Positions 18,816 through 28,862 of a stretch of 64,000 nucleotides of DNA are shown piece by piece. The translations under genes were made by a program, and so were the position numbers. The notes under the pieces are model-generated. The model made no database searches. It saw only the letters and a program-made list of their open reading frames with translations, and was not told the DNA's origin. Every line of letters starts with the position of its first letter. Position 1 is the stretch's first letter. The stretch is from NCBI GenBank assembly GCA_001784285.1, contig MFQC01000003.1, positions 221,517 through 285,516 of the forward strand, in the 5' to 3' direction. The stretch comes from Candidatus Magasanikbacteria bacterium RIFCSPHIGHO2_02_FULL_48_18. Its GTDB lineage: Bacteria > Patescibacteriota > Patescibacteriia > Magasanikbacterales > UBA922.

Positions 18816-20090
18816 ATGAACCACACAACGACTTATAAAAAAATCGCCTCACACGAGGCTGAGAAAGGAGAATTTGATACCTGTCTTCTTCTCTACTCCG
18901 GCGGGCTCGACACATCCGTTATGCTCAAATGGATCCAAGAAGAATATGAATGTACCGTCATCGCCCTCACCATTGATCTTGGCCAAACCGCGGATAACTT
19001 GGAAGAAATAAAACAAAAAGCATTGAACCTTGGGGCCAAAGACGCGATTGTCTATGACGCAAAAGATGAATTTGCTGATATTTTACTGACCGAAGCGATT
19101 AAAGCCAACGCGGATTACCAGGGCGGGTACGCCCTCAGCTGTCCCTTGGGACGGGTGATGATCGCGAAGGTGGCGGTGAAGATTGCGAAACAATACAACT
19201 GCCAAGTGATTGCCCACGGCTCGACCGGAAAAGGAAACGACCAAGTTCGATTTGAAGGATATATTACAACCCTTGATCCTACGCTTAAAACCATAGCGCC
19301 GGTCCGAGAATGGGGCATGGGACGAGATGAAGAAATTGAATACGCCGAAAAAAATAATATTCCGGTAAAACAAAAGAAAGAAAGCCCGTATTCGTACGAC
19401 GAAAATATGTGGGGCAACACCGGAGAAGGCGGAGAAATTGAAAATCCGGAACTTATTCCCCCGCTCCCCAATATTCTCCAATGGTGTGTGACGCCGGAGA
19501 ACGCGCCAAACGAACCGGAACTGCTTGACATTGGATTTGAAAAAGGTATACCGGTTTCAGTGAATGGTGAAAAAAAGAAACTCAGTGATATTGTTAAAAT
19601 ATGCAACGCGATCGGCGCAAAACACGGCGTTGGCGTTATTCATCTTATTGAAGATCGGCTCGTGGGTCTTAAAGTACGGGGCGTCTACGAACAGCCGGGC
19701 GCAACGATTCTTATTGAAGCACACAAAAAACTGGAAAAGCTCGTGTCGACGAGAGAAGAAAACGAGTTAAAAACCATTCTCGACAACAAGTGGGCATATT
19801 TGACCTACGCGGCCAAGTGGTACGACCCGGTGATGTACCATATTCACGCCTACCTCAATAGCCAAAACAAAAAAGTGACCGGCTCGGTCACAGTAAAACT
19901 CCAAAAAGGCGTGGCGACCGTGGTGTCACTCAGTTCGCCATATTCGCTTTTCAACCACAATCTCGCGACGTTCAATAAAAATCCAACATTCAACCAAAAC
20001 GCGTCCGCGGGATTTATTGAAATTTACAACATGGCGCAAAAAACCGCGTATAATGTATATAATTTTGAAAAAGAATTGGATACTAATTAA
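18816..20090 (+). CDS. argG: argininosuccinate synthase
   Basis: YSGGLDTS PP-loop and AHGSTGKGNDQVRFE signature. Confidence 0.95.
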   Translation: MNHTTTYKKIASHEAEKGEFDTCLLLYSGGLDTSVMLKWIQEEYECTVIALTIDLGQTADNLEEIKQKALNLGAKDAIVYDAKDEFADILLTEAIKANADYQGGYALSCPLGRVMIAKVAVKIAKQYNCQVIAHGSTGKGNDQVRFEGYITTLDPTLKTIAPVREWGMGRDEEIEYAEKNNIPVKQKKESPYSYDENMWGNTGEGGEIENPELIPPLPNILQWCVTPENAPNEPELLDIGFEKGIPVSVNGEKKKLSDIVKICNAIGAKHGVGVIHLIEDRLVGLKVRGVYEQPGATILIEAHKKLEKLVSTREENELKTILDNKWAYLTYAAKWYDPVMYHIHAYLNSQNKKVTGSVTVKLQKGVATVVSLSSPYSLFNHNLATFNKNPTFNQNASAGFIEIYNMAQKTAYNVYNFEKELDTN

Positions 20091-20096
20091 ACTCTA

Positions 20097-20196
20097 TGTA
20101 CGAAACTATTTATATACGAAATTACGAACAGTACGAAATTACGAACAGATTTTTATTTCTGATTTCGTATTTTCGTATATTTCGTACTTTCGTACA
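20097..20196. repeat. TACGAA/TTCGTA repeat element (copy 2) in the argG-argH intergenic region
   Basis: tgtacgaaactatttatatacgaaattacgaacagtacgaaattacgaacag / atttcgtattttcgtatatttcgtactttcgtaca. The inverted arm is about 33/35 identical to the direct arm of copy 1. Confidence 0.7.
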
Positions 20197-20233
20197 TACA
20201 TCTCTCCCTGCTTCATTATAAAAATATACGTTT

Positions 20234-21529
20234 ATGTCTAAACTGTGGCAAAAAAAAGAAACCAAACTGCATCCATTGGTGGAGGCCTATACGGTTGGCG
20301 AAGATTATATATTGGATCAGCAACTCATGCCGTTTGATATTGTGGCAAGCAAGGCGCATGCGAAGGGTCTTGAGCGTATTGGTGTACTAGTACATGAAGA
20401 ATTAATACAAATTCTTTCCGCGCTTGAAGCACTCGAAGACGAATGGCGAAACGGAAAAATCACCATTACCATAGAAGATGAGGACTGCCACACGGTGATT
20501 GAAAATTATCTGGTAGAGAAGCTGGGCGACATTGGAAAAAAAATCCATACCGGACGGAGCAGAAACGACCAAGTTTTGGTCGCGATGCGTTTGTTTATGA
20601 AAGCGTCGGCAAAGGACATTATTGACGCGGCAAAAAAATTGGCCGCCACGTTTCTTGCGTTTGGCGAACAATACCAAAATGTGCCGCTTCCCGGCTATAC
20701 TCACACCCAGCAAGCGATGCTTTCAAGCGTGGGCCACTATATGGCAAGCTTTGTTGAAAGTCTGCTTGATGATATTGATCTTTTGATTGCGATACAAAAA
20801 CACATTGACAAAAATCCGTTGGGCAGCGCGGCCGGATTTGGCGTGTCGTTTCCGCTGGATCGAGCGTTTACGACGAAGGAACTTGGATTTAACACAACGC
20901 AAATAAATTCTCTGTATTGCCAAAACAGCAAAGGAAAATTTGAAACGCTGTTTTTGGAAGGACTCACGCAAATCATGATGACGCTCAATAAATTCGCGCA
21001 CGACATGCTGATTTTCACCTCCAAAGAATCGGACTTCTTTGATATTGATGATTCTCTTGTGACCGGATCAAGCATTATGCCGCAAAAACGAAACCTCGAC
21101 ATTATGGAAATTTTACGGGCGAACGCGAGCGTTCTCATGTCGGGCCACGCCATGATTCAATCCATGTCAAAAAATTTGATGTCCGGGTATAACCGTGATT
21201 TGCAGCTTATTAAAAAACCGGTGATGGAAGGGGTGCGTCTGGTCAACGACAGCCTGAACGTGCTTGCGGTATTTATGCAAGGTATCAAACCGAACCAAAA
21301 AAATATTGAAGAAAAAATTACCAAAGATATTTTTATGGCTGATATAGCGAACGACCTCGTGAAAGAAAAAAATATCCCCTTTCGAGATGCCTACCGAGAA
21401 GCCGCGGCAAACAGAGACACATACGTCATAGACTTCCAAAAAAACATTGCGTCAAAAATGAGTCTTGGCGCGCCCGGGAATTTGAATTTGGATGTGTATA
21501 AAGAGCGTCTGAACATGTTGGAGAAATAA
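20234..21529 (+). CDS. argH: argininosuccinate lyase
   Basis: Fumarate-lyase signature GSSIMPQKRN. N-terminal KLWQKK typical of ArgH. Confidence 0.95.
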   Translation: MSKLWQKKETKLHPLVEAYTVGEDYILDQQLMPFDIVASKAHAKGLERIGVLVHEELIQILSALEALEDEWRNGKITITIEDEDCHTVIENYLVEKLGDIGKKIHTGRSRNDQVLVAMRLFMKASAKDIIDAAKKLAATFLAFGEQYQNVPLPGYTHTQQAMLSSVGHYMASFVESLLDDIDLLIAIQKHIDKNPLGSAAGFGVSFPLDRAFTTKELGFNTTQINSLYCQNSKGKFETLFLEGLTQIMMTLNKFAHDMLIFTSKESDFFDIDDSLVTGSSIMPQKRNLDIMEILRANASVLMSGHAMIQSMSKNLMSGYNRDLQLIKKPVMEGVRLVNDSLNVLAVFMQGIKPNQKNIEEKITKDIFMADIANDLVKEKNIPFRDAYREAAANRDTYVIDFQKNIASKMSLGAPGNLNLDVYKERLNMLEK

Positions 21530-21597
21530 ATAAAGATTGAAAAGAAAACATAATTTGCTATACTCTGAATATTCTTAAAAATTCTTGTATTTTTACT

Positions 21598-22278
21598 ATG
21601 ATCAAAGCCTACAAACATCTCGACACTATTACCGCGCTCTTTGTCGCCGTACTCCTTATTTCCAACGTTGCGTCAACAAAAATAGTGAATTTTGGGCCAC
21701 TGTCGTTTGACGCAGGGACGTTATTATTCCCGCTTGCGTACATTTTTGGCGATATTCTTACCGAAGTCTATGGCTACCGACGCTCACGAAAAGTAATCTG
21801 GCTTGGCTTTTTGTGCGCCGCGCTTATGTCGGCGGTCTTTATGATTGTTGGCAGACTTCCGGCTGCCGCAGACTGGCCTTTTCAAGAATCGTACATGAAC
21901 ATTCTCGGACTTACCCCGCGCATTGTGCTTGCCAGTCTTATCGCCTATTTTGCCGGAGAATTTTCCAATTCGTATGTGCTTGCCAAGATGAAAATAAAAA
22001 TGGCCGGAAAAAAACTCTGGGCCAGAACCATTGGATCAACACTCCTTGGCGAAGGGGTGGACACATTGTTGTTTATTGTCATTGCGTTTGTCGGCATCCT
22101 CCCCTCTTCACTCCTCATCACGCTTATTATTTCAAACTACATTTTTAAAGTTGGTATGGAAGTGGTGTTGACACCGGTGACGTATAAAGTGGTCAAATTT
22201 TTGAAACGATCCGAACAAGAAGATGCGTATGATACGGAAACGAATTTTAATCCGTTTGCCATTTCCAAACCAGCGTGA
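21598..22278 (+). CDS. yhhQ: queuosine-precursor transporter family membrane protein (YhhQ/DUF165)
   Basis: LFPLAYIFGDILTEVYGY motif. Multi-pass membrane protein of about 225 aa. Confidence 0.7.
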   Translation: MIKAYKHLDTITALFVAVLLISNVASTKIVNFGPLSFDAGTLLFPLAYIFGDILTEVYGYRRSRKVIWLGFLCAALMSAVFMIVGRLPAAADWPFQESYMNILGLTPRIVLASLIAYFAGEFSNSYVLAKMKIKMAGKKLWARTIGSTLLGEGVDTLLFIVIAFVGILPSSLLITLIISNYIFKVGMEVVLTPVTYKVVKFLKRSEQEDAYDTETNFNPFAISKPA

Positions 22279-22293
22279 TATTAACTCTATCAT

Positions 22294-22322
22294 AAAAAAA
22301 TCCCCAGGCCAGGGGATTTTTT
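22294..22322. terminator. bidirectional Rho-independent terminator between convergent yhhQ and ribH
   Basis: aaaaaaatcccc-aggccag-gggattttttt: perfect 12-bp stem with A/T tails on both sides. Confidence 0.7.
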
Positions 22323-22325
22323 TAT

Positions 22326-22787
22326 TTATTTCTTCTTATTTGCTATTTCAACCGCCGCAACCCCCCAATGATACCCAAGCGCTTTTTTGCCGCTTGATCG
22401 TTCTTTGGCCTGTTTCATGGTTGTACACGTCAGAACGCCAAACAAAACCGGCACGCCGGTTTCAAGACCAACCTGCATAATCCCCCGCGACACCGCAGAC
22501 GCAATATAGGTATAATGATCTGTTTCCCCACGAATAAGGCAACCAATCGCCAGGACCGCGTCCACTTTTTTTGTCTGGACCATTTTTTTCGCGGCAAGCG
22601 GGAGCTCAAACGAGCCGGGAACCATTTTGATGAAAATATTTTTTTTCTTCACACCGCAATCAGAAAGAGCACAGAGCACATCACTCAAAAGAGCCTGAAT
22701 AATTTTTTCGTGCCACACACTCATCACAATGCCGATCTTGAGCGGCATACCATTTGGAAGTATATTATTTGTTTTTTTTGGTTTCAT
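22326..22787 (-). CDS. ribH: 6,7-dimethyl-8-ribityllumazine synthase
   Basis: VPGSFELP and GCLIRGETDHY motifs. ORF extends to 22949, but MKPKKTNN at 22787 gives canonical length. Confidence 0.9.
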   Translation of the reverse strand: MKPKKTNNILPNGMPLKIGIVMSVWHEKIIQALLSDVLCALSDCGVKKKNIFIKMVPGSFELPLAAKKMVQTKKVDAVLAIGCLIRGETDHYTYIASAVSRGIMQVGLETGVPVLFGVLTCTTMKQAKERSSGKKALGYHWGVAAVEIANKKK

Positions 22788-22800
22788 AAAAACTATTCTT

Positions 22801-23439
22801 TTAAAAAGGGATTCTTCGTCCCGCCGTATGGCGGAACTCAGAATGACAGAAAAATCCATGGGTATATCGGGCAAGCATGTCGGCTTCAAAATTAACGGCA
22901 TCGCCTTTTTTGAGATTGCCAAGCGTTGTGTGTTTTGCGGTAAATTCAATAAGAGAAACGGTACATGTTTTCTTTGTGCGGTGACTCACCGTAAGACTCA
23001 CGCCATCCAAACATACCGACCCGCACAAGGCAATCAAATGATGAAACTGCGCCGGTATAGCAAATACCAAAGCAATGTTCCCTTTCTCCGTCTTTTTTTC
23101 TCGCAAATAAATCGGCGCATCCACATGGCCAAAGACAAAGTGGCCCGCGACGTCATCGCCCACTCGCAGTGACGGTTCCACATTGAGCCGATCACCAATC
23201 TTTTTTTCTCCAAGCGTCGTTTTTTTGAGTGTTTCCGGCATGACTTCTGCAAAAAATAAATTGCCTTTTTTATTGCGAACCGTAAGACACACGCCGGATA
23301 CCGAGATACTGGATCCTATTTTTAGTTTTTTCAAAAGAGACGCATTCGTTTGCGTGCCAAAAAGAAAACCATTGCGAAAAGGCTCTTTTGTCTTGAGCGT
23401 ACCAATGGATTGAACAATACCGGTGAACATAGACAACAA
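22801..23439 (-). CDS. ribE: riboflavin synthase alpha subunit
   Basis: MFTGIV N-terminus and duplicated lumazine-binding half-domains. Confidence 0.9.
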   Translation of the reverse strand: MLSMFTGIVQSIGTLKTKEPFRNGFLFGTQTNASLLKKLKIGSSISVSGVCLTVRNKKGNLFFAEVMPETLKKTTLGEKKIGDRLNVEPSLRVGDDVAGHFVFGHVDAPIYLREKKTEKGNIALVFAIPAQFHHLIALCGSVCLDGVSLTVSHRTKKTCTVSLIEFTAKHTTLGNLKKGDAVNFEADMLARYTHGFFCHSEFRHTAGRRIPF

Positions 23440-23472
23440 AATACATATGTCGCCCTCCTCATATAATTCGTG

Positions 23473-23844
23473 TTAATTCTCTATCCTCAAAAAATATTCT
23501 CTCACCTTTGCAACATCATTTTCTATTTTTTTAATCAATGCTTCGCGCGATTCATACTTTTTTATATCGCTCACCTTCTCAAACAGTGTTACCTCAACCG
23601 TTTTACCATAATATGACCCTTTGTCAAGATCGAGAAGAAACGCTTCGCACTGCGGCGGCGTATCCAAAATCGCGATAGCCGCGCGATACGACGCGGTATT
23701 TACAAGCACATGACCCGCATAGACGCCGCAATATGTCTTCGCGTCATCCGAATTCATAATGATATTGAGGGTAGGAAAACCAAACGTACGGCCTTCGCCT
23801 TTGCCTGCCACTACCTCGCCGCGTATGTGAGAAAATTCTGTCAT
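23473..23844 (-). CDS. riboflavin kinase (monofunctional flavokinase domain)
   Basis: GKGEGRTFGFPTLN motif. Start MTEFSHIRGEVV at 23844 overlaps the upstream stop. Confidence 0.7.
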   Translation of the reverse strand: MTEFSHIRGEVVAGKGEGRTFGFPTLNIIMNSDDAKTYCGVYAGHVLVNTASYRAAIAILDTPPQCEAFLLDLDKGSYYGKTVEVTLFEKVSDIKKYESREALIKKIENDVAKVREYFLRIEN

Positions 23845-25043
23845 ACGGTTTTTCGTTCCACCAATTCCTGATAATACGCGTCGAGAGATTGAATAATCCG
23901 AGGCCACGCGTAGGTGGTTTCCGCGACAAAACGCGCTCGTTTTTTCCACTCGTCGCGATCGACCGCATCGCTGAAATATGCTTGCATTTGTTTTGCCAAT
24001 TCTTCAACATTTCCCGGAGGAAACGTGAGCCCGCCTTTTTCCGCAACCGTCCGAACTCCGGGCAAATCACTTGCCAATACCGGAACACCGCTCGCCATAG
24101 CCTCGAGCAACACCATGCCAAACGCTTCGCCGGTGTTGATAGACGGCAGGACCAACAAATCAGCCAACGTGTAATACGAGGGCAGATCGGCATCATCAAC
24201 CGCGCCAACAAACTGGACGTCCTTCTCAAGACCTAAGCCCCTGGCTTCCAGCATATATTCTTCACGCAAATCTCCTTCGCCCACAAAAATTGTTTGGACT
24301 GGCGTATTATTTTTTTTGAGAAGAAAAAGCGCTTTTAACAAAACCATTATCCCTTTAAAATAATGCGCACGGTCCATACCCCCCACAAAAAGAACAACGG
24401 GTGCGGCAGGATCAAACGCCAATTCTTGAAACAATCGTTGCGGCTTTTCTCGTGGCTGAAACCGCTCAATATCCACGCCAAATGGCAGTTCTTTCCAAGA
24501 AGACGGACGCTCTCTCAACAAAGACGCCGCCTGGCTTGCGGCAATAAAATCAAACGAACTTGCAAGTATTCCATCGGCTACGTCAAGAATTTTGGGCATC
24601 CAATACCGCGCATAATAGGAAAAAAAGAGCCCTTTCCAGCCCGTCCCGCGCGTATCCATGTGATAGGTTATGACAAGCGGCTTGTCCGGATTTTGTTCTT
24701 TCCATTTTCGCACCGTGTTTGCAGTGCCAAAAAAAGGATAATGCAGATGAACCACATCAAACACATCCAATTCTTTTTTGACTTTCGGCATAACCGCCGC
24801 GTTGCCATACAAAAAGGCCGGAGCTATTCTCTGCACGGTCGCAATCGTCGTCTTCAGTTTTTTTGAATGGACCGGTGCGGATGGCTCGTGCGCCGGACGA
24901 ATTTCTTTGGGTTCATACCGATCCGGCGTATACACGACGACATCATGCCCCAAATGGACCAAACCGCCCGCCATCTGAAATGCCGCATTGCCCATGCCGC
25001 CATAATAGGGCGGATAGGTGGAAACAATATGGGCGATCTTCAT
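23841..25043 (-). CDS. glycosyltransferase family 4
   Basis: MKIAHIVSTYPPYYGGMG N-terminus and C-terminal GT4 EX7E-like region. Confidence 0.85.
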   Translation of the reverse strand: MKIAHIVSTYPPYYGGMGNAAFQMAGGLVHLGHDVVVYTPDRYEPKEIRPAHEPSAPVHSKKLKTTIATVQRIAPAFLYGNAAVMPKVKKELDVFDVVHLHYPFFGTANTVRKWKEQNPDKPLVITYHMDTRGTGWKGLFFSYYARYWMPKILDVADGILASSFDFIAASQAASLLRERPSSWKELPFGVDIERFQPREKPQRLFQELAFDPAAPVVLFVGGMDRAHYFKGIMVLLKALFLLKKNNTPVQTIFVGEGDLREEYMLEARGLGLEKDVQFVGAVDDADLPSYYTLADLLVLPSINTGEAFGMVLLEAMASGVPVLASDLPGVRTVAEKGGLTFPPGNVEELAKQMQAYFSDAVDRDEWKKRARFVAETTYAWPRIIQSLDAYYQELVERKTV

Positions 25044-25057
25044 ATCGTATCAATTGT

Positions 25058-25402
25058 TTACTTTTTCTTTTCAAGAGTCTCTTGAAGCGCGTGTTCTCGC
25101 ACCACGCGCGTCACATCCCGACCGATGGATTCTATTTTGATATGGAGTTTGAACAAAAGAAAAAACACTAAGGCAACAGAAACATATAAGACCACATCGG
25201 TTCCTCGCCCAATGCCAAGCTTTTGTGCGAAGAGAACCGTACTGTTTGGCCACAACACGACGACGAGCGCAACCAGCCAAAACAACATCCAAAACCATGC
25301 GCCCCGCTTGCCGAGCTCTGCCGCGCGATAGCGGCGAAACACGCCCGCAATCGCGAGAATAAAAAAACATGCGAAAAGAATTTGAAATAGATTAATCGTC
25401 AT
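25058..25402 (-). CDS. DUF2304-family small membrane protein
   Basis: Three TM helices plus a basic C-terminus. Sits next to a GT2 gene, as is typical for DUF2304. Confidence 0.55.
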   Translation of the reverse strand: MTINLFQILFACFFILAIAGVFRRYRAAELGKRGAWFWMLFWLVALVVVLWPNSTVLFAQKLGIGRGTDVVLYVSVALVFFLLFKLHIKIESIGRDVTRVVREHALQETLEKKK

Positions 25403-25408
25403 ACCATT

Positions 25409-26068
25409 TTATTTTATAAACCGCGCGAATAAAAGATCTTTGATGATTTGCGCTCCCCCGCGAACGCCCTGCCCATACTCATGGTACGTGACCTTCACCG
25501 GAAATTCAATATATGACAGATGATGTTTTTTGACCAGCGCGGGAATTTCAGTGGCATGCGCCATGCGGTCGTGGGTCATTCGAATTTTTGAAAGCGCGGA
25601 TTGATTGAAAATGCGAAAACCATTATGGGCGTCACTTAGTTTGAGACCGGTAAAAAACGCGTTGATACGCCGCGCGGCAGGTAACACCAATTTTTTTTTG
25701 AACCACGGAATAGTGGAACGACGATCCAAAAAACGAGAACCAAACAAAACATCCGCACCGCTGTCTTTGAGCGCGCGCAATGCCGGCGCAATGTCGTTTG
25801 GATCAAACTGGCCATCTCCATCAAAGTGAAGCACATAATCGGCATGAACGCGGCGCGCGTATACGTGGCCGGTTTCAAGCGCCGCTCCCTGGCCACGGTT
25901 GATGGAATGACGCAACACCACCGCGCCGGCAAGACGGGCAGTGTCAGCGGTTTTGTCGGAAGATCCGTCATCAATCACGACCACGCCATCCACACAATCA
26001 AAAAGGCTCCGAACCACGGAACCTATGCGCTGTTGTTCTTGAAACGCGGGGACAAGGGCAAGAAACAT
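25409..26068 (-). CDS. glycosyltransferase family 2 (dolichyl-phosphate mannosyltransferase-like)
   Basis: VVIDDGSSD, HFDGDGQ (DxD) motifs. Confidence 0.85.
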   Translation of the reverse strand: MFLALVPAFQEQQRIGSVVRSLFDCVDGVVVIDDGSSDKTADTARLAGAVVLRHSINRGQGAALETGHVYARRVHADYVLHFDGDGQFDPNDIAPALRALKDSGADVLFGSRFLDRRSTIPWFKKKLVLPAARRINAFFTGLKLSDAHNGFRIFNQSALSKIRMTHDRMAHATEIPALVKKHHLSYIEFPVKVTYHEYGQGVRGGAQIIKDLLFARFIK

Positions 26069-26079
26069 ACAGAAGAAAA

Positions 26080-27111
26080 CTATCGATCGGGGTCGTTCAT
26101 TTCAATAATTTCTCTGTGCGCGATAGTATAATCAATGGTTCGGCGAAGACCCTCTTCCACGGTAATCAATGGAATCCAATCAAGCATTTCTTTGGCACGG
26201 CGCAAATCCGGAATCCCTTTTGGCGTAAGAAAAACGAGCGGATTTTCAAACCGTACTTCGGACGATGAATTGGCCATGTCAATAATTTTTCGCGCCACAT
26301 CTGCCATTTTGTATACCTGATCATGACCGAGATTGACCAATGATACGCTTGTGTCCGCGTACATAAGACGAACCAACCCATCAACCATGTCGGAAACATA
26401 ACACAATGATTGGTCCAAATCACCATTGCCATAAATAACCAAATCGCTTCCTTCAAAAGCATCCAAAATAAAATCAGGAACCAAAAGGCCATCCCGCAAC
26501 TTCATACGCGGACCATACGTGGTAAACACCCGGGCAATTTTTGCGTCGAGCCCGTACACTTGTCGATAGGTTTCGACGCAGGTTTCGGCAAATCGCTTGC
26601 CTTCGTCATAACACCCGCGCGGCGACAAATGGTTGACAAGCCCCTCGTCTCCTTCGGAGAAAATCTTTTTTTCTGCCGTCGGCGGACCATACACCACAGA
26701 ACTTGATGCAAACACGTATTTGGCGTGATATTTGACGGCCAAGTCAAGCGTCGCAATCATGGATGTGGAGTTTGCCCAGAGCGAATGGAGCTTTTTTTCT
26801 TCAAAATTTTTTGGGCTCGTGGGGCATGCCAGATGATACATTTCTTGAATGCCTTGATAGCGAATTTTAAATTTTTCTAATTCTGGAAAATCAAGCGGCT
26901 CAAAAGGTTTGTTCGCATCAAATTTAATAAATTCAAAATCAGGATATTGGAGTAGATGATCAATGTTGTGGATGGAAGAATTGGAAAGATCATCCACACA
27001 AATAACATTGGCTTCTTTCAAGAGACGCTCGCACAAATGCGAACCGATAAACCCGGAACCCCCGGTTACCAATACATTTTTTCTTTCAAAGATAGGCGTG
27101 CCCGTCATCAT
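26080..27111 (-). CDS. NAD-dependent epimerase/dehydratase (UDP-glucuronate decarboxylase-like SDR)
   Basis: VTGGSGFIGSHL Rossmann motif. Length and YxxxK-type core consistent with UXS/RmlB family. Confidence 0.85.
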   Translation of the reverse strand: MMTGTPIFERKNVLVTGGSGFIGSHLCERLLKEANVICVDDLSNSSIHNIDHLLQYPDFEFIKFDANKPFEPLDFPELEKFKIRYQGIQEMYHLACPTSPKNFEEKKLHSLWANSTSMIATLDLAVKYHAKYVFASSSVVYGPPTAEKKIFSEGDEGLVNHLSPRGCYDEGKRFAETCVETYRQVYGLDAKIARVFTTYGPRMKLRDGLLVPDFILDAFEGSDLVIYGNGDLDQSLCYVSDMVDGLVRLMYADTSVSLVNLGHDQVYKMADVARKIIDMANSSSEVRFENPLVFLTPKGIPDLRRAKEMLDWIPLITVEEGLRRTIDYTIAHREIIEMNDPDR

Positions 27112-27184
27112 AGAATACCTTCAAGTTTATATATCGCAGTATACTCAAAAAAAATGAAAAATTCAAGATTGATATCTATTGATT

Positions 27185-27670
27185 TTATTGGCCAAGCGTC
27201 AACTCATCCCCAATGGCAATGCTATGCGCGAGGACCCATCCGGCAGGGAATTCGAGAACGAGATTTGCGGGAAGACGAGGATAATAAACAGCGAGCGCTT
27301 CCTCGGAAACACCCAGCTCAATCGGAACATTGGAAGCGATATCAACGACTTTGCCTCCCTGGATCCACACGATATCAATAGGAAACCTCATGTCGCGCAT
27401 GACAAAACCGTGCTGATCGCTTTTTGGAAAAACAAAAAGCATGCCATCGAACGGCCGAAGGCTGTCTTTTCCGCCCAAGCCGCGATGCCGGTGTTCGGCC
27501 GTGTTTGCGACCAACACAGTGAGATCTTCTCCTCCAAAATGGATGACTGTCTCCGGCCATCGATTTTGCCAAATTTTTAATCCGACAAATGCGACCATGA
27601 GAAGGCCAATAACAACAAAAAAAATATACTCACGAAACGCCCTCTTGCTGTGCTCTGTGCTTTGAATCAT
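27185..27670 (-). CDS. DUF192 family protein
   Basis: ARGLGG...HGFVMRDMRFPIDIVWI pattern matches DUF192. Confidence 0.6.
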   Translation of the reverse strand: MIQSTEHSKRAFREYIFFVVIGLLMVAFVGLKIWQNRWPETVIHFGGEDLTVLVANTAEHRHRGLGGKDSLRPFDGMLFVFPKSDQHGFVMRDMRFPIDIVWIQGGKVVDIASNVPIELGVSEEALAVYYPRLPANLVLEFPAGWVLAHSIAIGDELTLGQ

Positions 27671-27680
27671 ATAAATACGA

Positions 27681-28739
27681 TTATTTCGCAGTTTTTTTGG
27701 AAAACCAAATACCTACAAACAGCATGAGCATCCCTAAAAAAAGAAGCGCTACCATTTTTTGTCTGCTTTGCAAAAACAATGTCGTAATGCCAAACGAAAA
27801 AGAAATACCATACAAAATCAACACGGCCTGGCGATGCGACATGCCGGATTCAAGGAGTTTAAAATGCAAGTGTTCCCTATCGCCCACGTACAACGGACGG
27901 TTTGCCCGCAGACGACGCGCCATAACCCGAATCATATCAAGCATGGGAACACCCACCACAAGAAGGGTTGTTGCAATTTTTCCTCCGGAAATAATGGCAA
28001 GCGACCCCAAAAGAAAACCGGAAAACAAACTGCCACCTTGACCGAGAAATATCTTTGCCGGGTGCCAATTCCAAAACAAAAAACCAAGACACGATCCTGC
28101 AAACACAATCGCGAGGAGCGCCACGTCCGGCTGGTACCACTGTTTTTGCAGACTCAAGAAAAAAATCATAAGCGCGCCTATTGCCACGATCCCAGTTACC
28201 AAACCGTCGAGCCCATCAAGAAGTTTGGTCGTAAACATCATGCCCATAAGCCAAAAAAAGACCACGATGTCCGCAAGCACGACCCAGTTTCCCAATCCAT
28301 CAATAGGGATAACGAAACGATCCAAACGAATTTCCCCGCCAAACGGATTAGTAATCATGTGCGGACCAATACCAAAAGCGATAATAATGAGTGCGGCAAA
28401 GACAGCAAAAAAAAGTTGATATCGCGCTTTCAAATTTTTTCGATCATCAAGAATGCCGCCAATCATCAAAACCAATGAGCCAAAAAAAAGACCCCACAGG
28501 TGTCTTGGCAAAACAGTATGTTCCGCGGGGGTTTGCACAAAAGAAAATATAATCCAGACCAGGAAAAAAAATGATACAAAAATGGCAATCCCTCCGCCAA
28601 GAGGGATGGTTTTGGTATGAATTTTTCGATCAAGCGCTTTGGGCCGGTCCACAATATCGAGCCGCAACATAAGGCGGCGAATGCCCGCGGTAAGGCAAAA
28701 AGAAAGGGTAAGGGCAAAGAAGAAAAAAAAGAAATACAT
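27681..28739 (-). CDS. MraY/WecA-family polyprenol-phosphate N-acetylhexosamine-1-phosphate transferase
   Basis: Multi-TM protein with the conserved DD..D cytoplasmic loops. The ORF track extends to 29144, but that 5' extension lies in an antisense high-GC region, so MYFFFF at 28739 was chosen. Confidence 0.75.
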   Translation of the reverse strand: MYFFFFFFALTLSFCLTAGIRRLMLRLDIVDRPKALDRKIHTKTIPLGGGIAIFVSFFFLVWIIFSFVQTPAEHTVLPRHLWGLFFGSLVLMIGGILDDRKNLKARYQLFFAVFAALIIIAFGIGPHMITNPFGGEIRLDRFVIPIDGLGNWVVLADIVVFFWLMGMMFTTKLLDGLDGLVTGIVAIGALMIFFLSLQKQWYQPDVALLAIVFAGSCLGFLFWNWHPAKIFLGQGGSLFSGFLLGSLAIISGGKIATTLLVVGVPMLDMIRVMARRLRANRPLYVGDREHLHFKLLESGMSHRQAVLILYGISFSFGITTLFLQSRQKMVALLFLGMLMLFVGIWFSKKTAK

Positions 28740-28862
28740 ACAGGTCTTTGGCAAAAACAGCCATACGGTATTCCAAAGTATACCTGACGACAGGTGGCCT
28801 TGACAACTCTCTCTCTTTGCTATGATCGGCGGTTGTTCGTCCGCATTTTTTGAGGTAAAAAC

